DNA from: Thermoproteota archaeon
GTDB lineage: Archaea > Thermoproteota > Thermoprotei > Thermofilales > B9-G17
Direction of reading: 5' to 3'
Length of the DNA stretch: 64,000 nt
Assembly: GCA_029258885.1 (NCBI GenBank)
Contig: JAPDJW010000002.1
Span: 544,001 to 608,000 of the forward strand
How positions within the stretch are numbered: position 1 is the stretch's first letter; each line of letters starts with the position of its first letter. Positions 10,371-18,664 of this stretch are shown in pieces. Position numbers and translations under genes: made by a program. The notes beneath the pieces are model-generated. The model was given only the letters and a program-made list of their open reading frames with translations, was not told where the DNA came from and did not search any database.

Positions 10371-11013
10371 ATTTAAGGAGGGATTTAACTAGCCTGTATG
10401 CTTCAGCTATATCCAGCTTGGAATCCCTACTCCTCAGCCTATTTATCATTCTCCTTACAAACCTCCTGTCCTCACTCCTTAAGTCCTCAAGCTTTAACAT
10501 CTCCCTTAGAGCGGATATCATGAGTAGTTTCGCATACTTCACCTGCCCGGTGGTGGTTGCTTTGCTTGCTATAGCCAGCGATTTTTCGGCTTTACCGAAT
10601 ATAATCTTTCTCCAATCTTTAGCCTTCCTCTCCCTCACTTCATATAGTGCATATCCCTCAAAGACTATAGCTCCCCTTAACCTAAGCTGCTTAGGTAGTT
10701 TCTGCCTCCATGGGGCTACGTATACGTTCTCAGATATTCTCCTTAAACCGCATTTATCTAGGTTTTCTCCGACAGCTACTATTACCCTATCTCCCTTAAC
10801 GCTGCCGCTTTCTAGGGCTTTTAACCCGCATAGGGTTAGTGTAATGTATCCTCCATCCACATTGATGTAGCCCTTCTCTATCAGGCTGTTTAATGCGCTC
10901 GATAATCCGCTTACATCTTCATCTATCGACTTAGCCAGATTGGAAATGCTTATTTTACCCTTCCTCTTAACTATCTAAAGGATATTTAGTTCAACTATGC
11001 TAAGTGTATCCAC
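10360..11013 (-). pseudogene. wHTH-domain protein with in-frame TAG at 10975-10977 (the ORF track shows only 10360-10860)
   Basis: Frame extends to GTG at 11013: VDTLSIVELNIL*IVKRKGKISISNLAKSIDEDVSGLSSALNSLIEKGYI, a wHTH interrupted by one stop. Confidence 0.6.
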
Positions 11014-11715
11014 ATGTATAGTTTAGAGCAATGCAGGATTTTAGGTTTACTGGTAATGTTTAGAAATATCCACCTAGCGGACATATCATTCTACCTGGAC
11101 GCTAGGATGGATGATATTCTCACCTACTGTAGAAGCCTGCGGGGCTACGGCTTCCTAAAGCTCCATGAGAATTCAGCATTGATTACCGAGGCCGGAATAC
11201 GTGCATGCCTAGGGGATCTCGCATTCAGTGGACGGAGATGGTTTATTCTAGTGGTGGATCCATCTGGTGCGCCGAGGGAGATGGATTTCGTGAACGTTAG
11301 GGGACAAGCATACGTAACTCCCTTTACCCTTCAGATGCTCGAGCTAATTAAGCTGCTCTATCGGGAGATCTTCGTAGTCTCATCAAAGGCCTGCAGTATA
11401 TGGATTAGGATGGCTGAGGATAGGATGCCGTACCGCAGAATTATAGACGTCATGAGGACTATAGAGGATATTCAAGATAAACTATCTAGGCTGAGCTATC
11501 CCCGTTCGAGCAGATACGTTAAAGCTATCATATCCAGGCTTAACAGGTGTAGGAGGGAGCTTGAGAAGGCCGCTAGGATAGCTAAGCTTGATTTCAGGCT
11601 AGTAGGGCTAAATAGATCCTTCTCGAGGGATCCGCTAAGCTATTCTAGGGAGCTGTACGGGGTAGCCTTATCGTGTAGGGATAAGGTTCTACGTAGTGCT
11701 GAGGGTCTTAGATAG
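11014..11715 (+). CDS. wHTH-domain hypothetical protein, architecture similar to the divergent neighbour
   Basis: LEQCRILGLL...LRGYGFL...LITEAGIRA wHTH pattern, then WFILVVD...AYVTPF and a helical tail. Confidence 0.6.
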   Translation: MYSLEQCRILGLLVMFRNIHLADISFYLDARMDDILTYCRSLRGYGFLKLHENSALITEAGIRACLGDLAFSGRRWFILVVDPSGAPREMDFVNVRGQAYVTPFTLQMLELIKLLYREIFVVSSKACSIWIRMAEDRMPYRRIIDVMRTIEDIQDKLSRLSYPRSSRYVKAIISRLNRCRRELEKAARIAKLDFRLVGLNRSFSRDPLSYSRELYGVALSCRDKVLRSAEGLR

Positions 11716-11986
11716 CTATATCCTCCTCCTCATGTATCTCGTAGTTGTGTATTATCGTGAGGACTTTAGCTTCGTCTCGTCCACATATTGGTATGGCTAT
11801 AACCCTAGCTTTACTTGGACCTATTATCCTCCTTATTTCGCTCATTATCCCCTTTATTTCGGCGGCTGAAGCCTCGAATAGGAATGCGCTGTACTGTATC
11901 CTATCTCCGCCCATATCCTTAAGGTATCTCCTAACCTCATTCCTAATGCTGTCATCTGATATGTCGTAGACTATAATGTACTTCAA
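11708..11986 (-). CDS. cas2: CRISPR-associated endonuclease Cas2 (copy 1)
   Basis: MKYIIVYDISDD, GGDRIQYSAF, IPIC; 92 aa. Confidence 0.92.
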   Translation of the reverse strand: MKYIIVYDISDDSIRNEVRRYLKDMGGDRIQYSAFLFEASAAEIKGIMSEIRRIIGPSKARVIAIPICGRDEAKVLTIIHNYEIHEEEDIAI

Positions 11987-12037
11987 GCTTCACCTAATAC
12001 TTATATCCCTTTAAATCCTTATTATTTTTGAGGATAA

Positions 12038-13287
12038 ATGACGCGTATAATTAAGATGTTTCTCGAGGATAACGTGTTGTCGGTTTTAATAGATTTAGTT
12101 GCTCTGGATGAAACGTTTGGAGAACGCTCACGCGAAGTACTGGGTAAAGTTGTGTCTAGAGTGGAGGCCATCCTTCTAGCTCATGGAGGCAGAAACCTAG
12201 AGAGGGAGGAAGGTCTGACTTACGTTAAGGTTAAATGTAAAATTAATCCGAGGAGCTACGGCTACGTCGAGAGGAGCCTCACATCCCTAGAGGATGAAGT
12301 TAGGAGGAAGCTGGGGCTGGTTGAACACCTTGTTGCAGTATTTAGGAGTACCTCCAAGCTGTCTCCGTATCTCGTGAGCTTCTATGAGGTTTCCCCCGCG
12401 CTCCCTAGGAGCCCGGAGGGCTATAGAGTTACTTCACGGATAGCCAGAATCCTATCGAGGGAGAGGAGAGTTATCTGGGCGAGTACGGCCTCGGAGTCCT
12501 AGGCTATCTCGTTAAGCCGGGAGTTTCTATTGAGGATAGCTTTAAGGTATACGTTGGAGATAGGGAGTACACCTTAAATAAGCTGCGCGATAGGCGTCTC
12601 AACTTTAACCTTAGAGGCGATAGGGAGTTCTTCAAAAAGATCGTTGATAGGGGTATTAGAAGGAAGTTCCGTGAGCTAGGGTTTAGGGTTCGCGGATACA
12701 TAGTGGTCTATAGCCAGCCCATATACTCATATGAGTATGTGGATGTTTGGCCAGCATGTGAGTTCCAGACTATAATTGATTCGGATGGCACGCTATCCCT
12801 CGCCTTATCGCCGAGACATATCATCGAGTCGATGAGGAGCATAATGGAGGACTACGAGAGCTTAGAGGAGCTGGTTAAAAGGAGGCGGGAGCTAGTGGGA
12901 TGCAGTGTTAGAAGTATCGTTGATGGACAAGTATACAGGATAGTTTCGGTGCTCGATAAGAGGGCGAGGGATTCATTTGAGGAGCTCAACGGTTCAAGCC
13001 TATGCGAGTTCTATAGGGACTACAATATCGACCCAATGGAGCCAGCTATAGTTATCGAGAGGTATGGTTTCAGGCTCCTCCACGCTCCCTCACTTCTAAG
13101 GAGGATATATAGTCCAGCTGAACTGGCAGGTTTAGGCGTAGCTAGGGAGGTTATGAGAGCCATAAAGCTCAACCTGCTAAGGTGGAGCGATACCTCACGC
13201 AACATTGTTAGAACGTTATCTCCCATAGAGATAGATGGAATCGAGATAAGGTTCTCCGATCAGCCCGAGGTTCTCGAGGTGGCGTAG
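12038..13287 (+). CDS. Argonaute N-L1-PAZ-(L2 start) half, interrupted by a -1 frameshift near 12480-12500
   Basis: The frame of ORF 12703-13287 is open from 12427 (GLGVLGYLVKP...FFKKIVDRGIRRKFRELGF) and overlaps the end of ORF 12038-12502; PAZ-like SLCEFYRDYNIDPMEPAIV and LLHAPSLL; L2-like C-terminus. Confidence 0.7.
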
Positions 13288-13288
13288 C

Positions 13289-14236
13289 ATCTACAGGGAG
13301 TTCTGTGATTGGGGCTACATCCTCGCTCCACGTAATGGGGAGATTATAGCTAAGGGACAGATTGAAGCGGGCAGATTTAAGCCCAAGGATAGGATAGTTC
13401 TCTCGGGCTCCGGCTCAATAAATGTCGATGCTGTGGCGAATATCGTCGGTGCGGGAGGCTCAATTTTGGTTGAGAAGGGATCTATACAGCTAGACTACTT
13501 CAACTCTATGTTCTCACGTAACCTGCTGGCTCAGCTCGCGTCTGTGGAGAATTCTGAGGTTAGGAGCAGAGTTGCCTCCTCTATATTGGAGGCTGCTGCA
13601 TATAATAAGATTAGGGTTCTGGAGATACTGGAGGTTCCCGAGGACGTTAGGAGCAGGGTTGTCGGGGAGATTAAGGGGCTTATATCGATGCTTAAAGGAA
13701 CTGTTCTAAGCAGATTGATGGGCGTTGAAGCTAGAATAACCAAGCTCTACTTCGAGGCTCTAAGATACGTAATTCCCGTGGAGTATGGTTTTAAGGCTAG
13801 AACGCGTAGACCCCCTAAGGACTACTTTAGCGCTGCACTAAGCTATGGGAACATGCTCCTCTACAGACACGTACTTAAGGAAATACTTAGGTTCGGCCTG
13901 GATCCTAGGCTAAGCTACCTCCATACGCCCTATAGGCATAGGCCATCGCTAGCGCTCGATATAGCCGAGGAGTTTAGGCAGGCCGTGGTTGATCTAGCAG
14001 TTATTCCGCTCTACACGTCGAGGTCTATGAGCATTAAGGGGGACTTCCAGGTTTTCGGCTCATCCATATACCTCAATAAGCGTGGAAACTTTAAGGTTAG
14101 GAGGAGCTTCCACCACAGGATGAACCTTAGAGTTAAGGGGAGGAGCCTCGCCGACGCAGTAAGAGGTCAGATTAGGAAGCTGCTGGAGTTCATCCACGGC
14201 GATAGGAGCGAATATACTCCGTTCAGAATTCAATAG
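13289..14236 (+). CDS. cas1: CRISPR integrase Cas1, catalytic residues intact (track start 13433; frame open further upstream)
   Basis: MGVEARITKLYF, ALSYGNMLLY, GLDPRLSYLH, SLALDIAEEFR; upstream in-frame IYREFCDWGYILAPRNGEII...IVLSGSGSIN fits the Cas1 beta domain. Confidence 0.92.
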   Translation: MYREFCDWGYILAPRNGEIIAKGQIEAGRFKPKDRIVLSGSGSINVDAVANIVGAGGSILVEKGSIQLDYFNSMFSRNLLAQLASVENSEVRSRVASSILEAAAYNKIRVLEILEVPEDVRSRVVGEIKGLISMLKGTVLSRLMGVEARITKLYFEALRYVIPVEYGFKARTRRPPKDYFSAALSYGNMLLYRHVLKEILRFGLDPRLSYLHTPYRHRPSLALDIAEEFRQAVVDLAVIPLYTSRSMSIKGDFQVFGSSIYLNKRGNFKVRRSFHHRMNLRVKGRSLADAVRGQIRKLLEFIHGDRSEYTPFRIQ

Positions 14237-14480
14237 TATCTATTATAATGATATTTTCATAGCATCTCCTACATGGAAATATTATATCGACCCTCCCAGC
14301 CCCCTCCGCAACGATTCTCCTAATGTCGTTAATCATCCTCTCGGCGTTTTTCTCGTCCAGCTCTACCTCATAAACGCTGTACTCCCTGAAAACGCCGCCG
14401 TAGTCCTTAAGCCTATTCCTTAATCTATCCCTAAGCCTATCATATCCAACTGGGATATCGAAGACGACTATTATCTTCAA
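14223..14480 (-). CDS. cas2: CRISPR-associated endonuclease Cas2 (copy 2)
   Basis: MKIIVVFDIP, LKDYGGVFREYSVYE, IFPC. Confidence 0.88.
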   Translation of the reverse strand: MKIIVVFDIPVGYDRLRDRLRNRLKDYGGVFREYSVYEVELDEKNAERMINDIRRIVAEGAGRVDIIFPCRRCYENIIIIDTIEF

Positions 14481-15346
14481 TAAACCGCCTCCTTAAACGG
14501 TATAAAGCCTCCAGCCGGATTCATCAGATAGGATGCAAGCCCCTTCGCAGCGGCCTTTATGTGTTTAAATAGAGGCATCCTCCTACCATCAGTATCCTCA
14601 ACGTTCCTCTCAACGATATTCCTAAGATACTTCAGGAGAAGCCTCCTCCCCTCATAGCTACCTAAGTCGATGGATGAAAGGATGTCGGAACCAACTTCAA
14701 CGAGGCAACGCCAGACAGTCGATGGCTCAAATACTAGAAGGAAATCCCTTGTAAGCGATCTCCTATTTACGAAGCCTATGTGTGGGGTTAAGCCAGCCCT
14801 AACCACGGCGTCCAGACATTCTGCTTCAATAAAATAGCTGAGATACTGGATAACTGACTCGATTAGGCTAAGTTTTACTCCAAGATATCTTGATAAAAGC
14901 TTAAGCGCATTAACCCTAACTTCCTCCAGCTCCCCCTCGGCCCTGAATGGAAGGTTAAGTCTCGAGAAAAAGGCGCAGAGGTTATGGTTGAATGCCTCCC
15001 TAATGCATGAAGCTATCTCCTCAGCTCTCGAGGTAGAGTACTGGGTTAATATCAGCTCAACGTGCTTCCTTTGAAGCATCCCCGTAAACCACGCTATCCT
15101 ATCCTTAAATACCAGAGCTATGGTTACGTTATCCTCTGAAGCCAGCGATAGAGCCGATGTACTTATCCTCCTACATCCATCCAATACTAGGAGGTAGGCA
15201 GTTAAGGAGGCTATCTCACGTCTACGATCTCCAGCCTCAACTACGAAGCGCCTACTCCTACGGCCTAAATTAAAGCCATTGTACGCTATCCAGTAGCTCC
15301 TCCTCAACCAATCCCCTTGATCATAGTATATAGTTTCCTTATCCAC
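14477..15346 (-). CDS. Divergent Cas1 paralogue, predicted catalytically inactive
   Basis: Cas1-like N-domain (GFNLGRRSRRFVV, ISTSALSLASEDNVTI) and AGLTPHIGFVN, SLTRDFLLVFEP; no GxE motif, His replaced by Asn, DxxE acidic residue lost. Confidence 0.7.
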   Translation of the reverse strand: MDKETIYYDQGDWLRRSYWIAYNGFNLGRRSRRFVVEAGDRRREIASLTAYLLVLDGCRRISTSALSLASEDNVTIALVFKDRIAWFTGMLQRKHVELILTQYSTSRAEEIASCIREAFNHNLCAFFSRLNLPFRAEGELEEVRVNALKLLSRYLGVKLSLIESVIQYLSYFIEAECLDAVVRAGLTPHIGFVNRRSLTRDFLLVFEPSTVWRCLVEVGSDILSSIDLGSYEGRRLLLKYLRNIVERNVEDTDGRRMPLFKHIKAAAKGLASYLMNPAGGFIPFKEAVY

Positions 15347-16134
15347 GGCCTAGGCTCAACCCTACCCTCCCTAATAATGATCACGCCCCGCTCCTCAAGC
15401 TCTTTAATTCTCTCGTACCCTATAATATCCTTTAAATCGGCCAGTGATATGTGTGGGAAAATCCTATCTATGAGGGAGAGGAATTCCTCCTTTACAGTTA
15501 TCGGCAGCAGGGGGAGTGCCACAACCTCCCTGAAGGACTCATGTATATAATATACCTTATCCGCTCCCATAACCATTGAGATAATGGTGGCGAATGAGGT
15601 TTCAGGCTTAAAGCCAGCAGTAGCATTAACGTAGACCCTGTATCCAGCATTCTTCTTACTCTTAACGACCCCAGCAATTTTATCTATTAAATTGGATAAA
15701 GCCTCATCGAAGAGCGAGGCGCCGAGCCCGAAGCCCCTAACCCTAACGGGCTCATTAACGTAGTACCCCCTAGACTTAAGGTGTTCATAAACTATCCTTC
15801 CACATAGATATCCGGTGCCGGTATCAGTGGTATATAGCCCTATCTCAATATCCTCAATCCTCGATGGACCGTAGAGGTCGGTGAACCTGTAGAATGCGTT
15901 AAGCTCAGCACTAGCACTATAGGGATCAGAGTTCACATACTCCAGAAGCCTATCGAAAACCTTGGAACCCCTATGGGCGGAAGCCTCAGCCTTCTTCTGA
16001 TCATCATGGTCGGGTGGAAGCCTACCCCACGAACTTATTTTAAGCTCCTCAGCCTCATCCTTAAAAGTCCTTGCAAAGTTTAGGAGGATTGCAGTTCCAA
16101 CCGTAACCACGTGAAATACCTTCATAGATACCAC
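15304..16134 (-). CDS. CARF protein, APE2256/SSO1393 (Crn1-like ring nuclease) family, with wHTH tail
   Basis: HVVTVGTAIL, SAELNAF, TDTGTGYLCG, NATAGFKPE, YYIHESF. Confidence 0.8.
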   Translation of the reverse strand: MVSMKVFHVVTVGTAILLNFARTFKDEAEELKISSWGRLPPDHDDQKKAEASAHRGSKVFDRLLEYVNSDPYSASAELNAFYRFTDLYGPSRIEDIEIGLYTTDTGTGYLCGRIVYEHLKSRGYYVNEPVRVRGFGLGASLFDEALSNLIDKIAGVVKSKKNAGYRVYVNATAGFKPETSFATIISMVMGADKVYYIHESFREVVALPLLPITVKEEFLSLIDRIFPHISLADLKDIIGYERIKELEERGVIIIREGRVEPRPWIRKLYTMIKGIG

Positions 16135-16164
16135 AAAAATATAACAGCATAACGAGTATATAAA

Positions 16165-16878
16165 ATGATGCTACGTGGATACAGTCGCCTAGCAGCCTCA
16201 GGCATAAATAGAATGGTTAGAGTAACGGATGTCACGTTATACCTCTTCTGTCCGCGGAAACTCTACCTAGTGGGCTTCCTAGGGATAAGAGGCAGGCCGA
16301 CTAGGGAGAGCATTATGGGTAAATTGGCCCACTACGCATACCTAAGGGCAAGCATCCTAAAGATAACCGAGAATAGGGTGGAGGAGGAGAGCGTGAATAT
16401 AGCTAGAGAGGCAGTCGAGAAGAAGCTTACGGAGGGGCTAAGCGATACGGAGGTCAAGGAGATAGTTGTAAAAACCTTAAGGTTTAGGGCTGAAAACCCG
16501 ATTACGGGTGGGGTTGAGGTCGAGAAGTACGTTGAATCGGTAAGGCTGGGGTTAAACGGACAGATAGACCTAATGGAGGAACATACGCCAGTGGAGGTAA
16601 AGTACAAGTCCAGAGCTGAATACAGGGATCTAATACAGCTAACACTCTACACACTACTACTCGAGGACGTCTACGGGTGGGATATAGATTACGGCTACAT
16701 CGATCTACTTAAGGCTTCAAGAAGGTTAAGAATTGAAGTAAATAATAGGCTTAGAGGTGATGCGCTTAAGCTTAGGGATAAAGTGCAGGAGACAATACTA
16801 ATGGGGACGTATCCGCCAGCTAGGGATAAGTGTAGGGGATGCGACCTAAAGATAGAGTGTAGATCCCTCTTCCACTAG
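16165..16878 (+). CDS. cas4: CRISPR-associated exonuclease Cas4
   Basis: YLFCPRKLY, GQIDL, PVEVKY, QLTLY and C-terminal KCRGCDLKIEC (four Fe-S cysteines). Confidence 0.88.
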   Translation: MMLRGYSRLAASGINRMVRVTDVTLYLFCPRKLYLVGFLGIRGRPTRESIMGKLAHYAYLRASILKITENRVEEESVNIAREAVEKKLTEGLSDTEVKEIVVKTLRFRAENPITGGVEVEKYVESVRLGLNGQIDLMEEHTPVEVKYKSRAEYRDLIQLTLYTLLLEDVYGWDIDYGYIDLLKASRRLRIEVNNRLRGDALKLRDKVQETILMGTYPPARDKCRGCDLKIECRSLFH

Positions 16879-18077
16879 AGGAACCAGAGCCTAGAATAAT
16901 ACTCCTCCGACGGCGATACACCCAACCTAAGGAAGCTACATATCCTATGGGCATACAAAGTCGTTATTGGAAGCCTAGTTGAAGCAAACGCTGAAGCCCA
17001 GTGTAGCTCGCTCAACCAGTACACATCCCTGGCAATATCATACATACTAACCTCCCAGTTAGATGCCTCAGCCAGCTCAACAACAACCGGCCTAACCAAT
17101 CCAGACACATCAATATAGGGGTGCTCCGGGAAGCCTGAGGTAACCACAAGATACCTATATTTATCAAGCACATAGAACGTACCTTTCTCCGGATTAGTAA
17201 CTCTTCTCCCAACCCTCCTGGTAACCCTAGGCACAGCCCTCTTCTTAACCTCAACAAAAACCCAGTTAGATGCAACGCCCTCATCAACAGCCGAGTCCAT
17301 AACATCCCTAACCGCTTCAAGCTCAACATCAAAGGTAGAGCCATCCCTATGAACAACTATTAAATTAACCCTACCAGCATGCCTATGAATAACGTCGAGA
17401 GCGAGCGTAAGCACATTCCTAATCGAATAGATAACCTCAACCCCGGGATTAAACTCGAAGCGCCAGTCGAAGAATATGCCCCCATCAAACACGAAGACTG
17501 TTACAACAACGTTGTTACCGACAGTATCCAAGCCAATATACGCATCACCTAAAAGCCTATCCCCCAAAACCCAAGGTATTCCCCCAGCCTTACAGTAGAT
17601 AGACAGAGCTAAATTAAAGAGAACATAGGATTTACCCGCAAGCCTTCTAATAGTAGAGTATGTAACCATTTGACTAGGAATCCCACGTAGAGCTAAAGCC
17701 TGCTTAATAGGAACATAGGGATCCTCCTCAAAACCCGGATAGTTTTCATCGGGAACAGCTACGATAGCTACATCAACATCCTCAATTGAATCGATGACAT
17801 CAGCGTACCTATCATATGATTCAAAGAAGTACTCAACGTCCCCAACCCTACAGCCAAACCATCCAGTAAGACCTCCAAAACCCCTAACACCATAGATAAG
17901 GTTATCCATGAGGACACGAGAGTAGCTATACATTCCACGAGGACAGATAAAACAGAGCCTAACAGCATCAGGACCGGAGAAAGGACCGAAGCCGAGTTTA
18001 AACCCCTCATAGGGGAAAATAGAGGTACCACTCCCAAACCTTAAAACAGGCCTAGAGAAGACGCCTCCCCTAACCAT
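16875..18077 (-). CDS. ago: Argonaute L2-MID-PIWI half with DEDH tetrad
   Basis: PVLRFG...GFGPF; MID pocket Y121/K125/Q136/K163; YIGLD(184), E214, HRD(245)G, RLPITTLYAH(377); WFL C-terminus. Confidence 0.92.
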   Translation of the reverse strand: MVRGGVFSRPVLRFGSGTSIFPYEGFKLGFGPFSGPDAVRLCFICPRGMYSYSRVLMDNLIYGVRGFGGLTGWFGCRVGDVEYFFESYDRYADVIDSIEDVDVAIVAVPDENYPGFEEDPYVPIKQALALRGIPSQMVTYSTIRRLAGKSYVLFNLALSIYCKAGGIPWVLGDRLLGDAYIGLDTVGNNVVVTVFVFDGGIFFDWRFEFNPGVEVIYSIRNVLTLALDVIHRHAGRVNLIVVHRDGSTFDVELEAVRDVMDSAVDEGVASNWVFVEVKKRAVPRVTRRVGRRVTNPEKGTFYVLDKYRYLVVTSGFPEHPYIDVSGLVRPVVVELAEASNWEVSMYDIARDVYWLSELHWASAFASTRLPITTLYAHRICSFLRLGVSPSEEYYSRLWFL

Positions 18078-18142
18078 AAGATAATAAAGCTAACCAAATA
18101 TATAAAGCCTAAGACACCGCTTAATCGATACAACGATGTATC

Positions 18143-18553
18143 CTATAAGCTGCCTCTAGGAAAGAGGGGACCCCCAGACACAAGCTTCAACACGTATTTA
18201 AAGTACTCCCTAAAGTGATCCGCCAAATAACTCCTCTCAGAGGACTTAAGCTCAGCAAGCTGTTCCTCTATAAACACATCATCGTCATCGGGCTCCATTC
18301 TGAAATACTTCGTAAGAAACTTGGCAGTAACCAGTATGTAGAAGTCGCCGAGACTTAAAATAGCGTAGGCTGGCGGAATACCCGAACCATAAATCCTCAC
18401 ATGATACTTCCACGCCTCAAGAGCCTCCTGAGCCATCGGATACACATCACCACTCTCATACCCACACCTCGGACAAACAACACCCTCCCTAAACACAGCG
18501 TAGCGAGTACCACAAGACGGACACCTATAATTATACGAAGAATGATACGTCAC
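18143..18553 (-). CDS. Zn-ribbon hypothetical protein
   Basis: CPSC...CPRC at the N-terminus, then a helical domain; first gene transcribed inward from leader 2. Confidence 0.65.
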   Translation of the reverse strand: MTYHSSYNYRCPSCGTRYAVFREGVVCPRCGYESGDVYPMAQEALEAWKYHVRIYGSGIPPAYAILSLGDFYILVTAKFLTKYFRMEPDDDDVFIEEQLAELKSSERSYLADHFREYFKYVLKLVSGGPLFPRGSL

Positions 18554-18664
18554 TATAATCCCTCAGACTACTAAACCAACACCCATATATAAAATCCAGC
18601 ATCCTTCACATCAAACACCAAAACAACGCAGAAATAGCATCAACCATAGATAAACACAAGCCAT

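Noticed and set aside
10975-10977. In-frame TAG as pyrrolysine read-through
   Set aside because: The MttB here has no in-frame TAG, no pyl genes were seen, and TAG ends many genes normally.
12440-12502. Programmed frameshift in the Ago N-half
   Set aside because: No X XXY YYZ slippery site was found in the overlap; a single-base loss is simpler.
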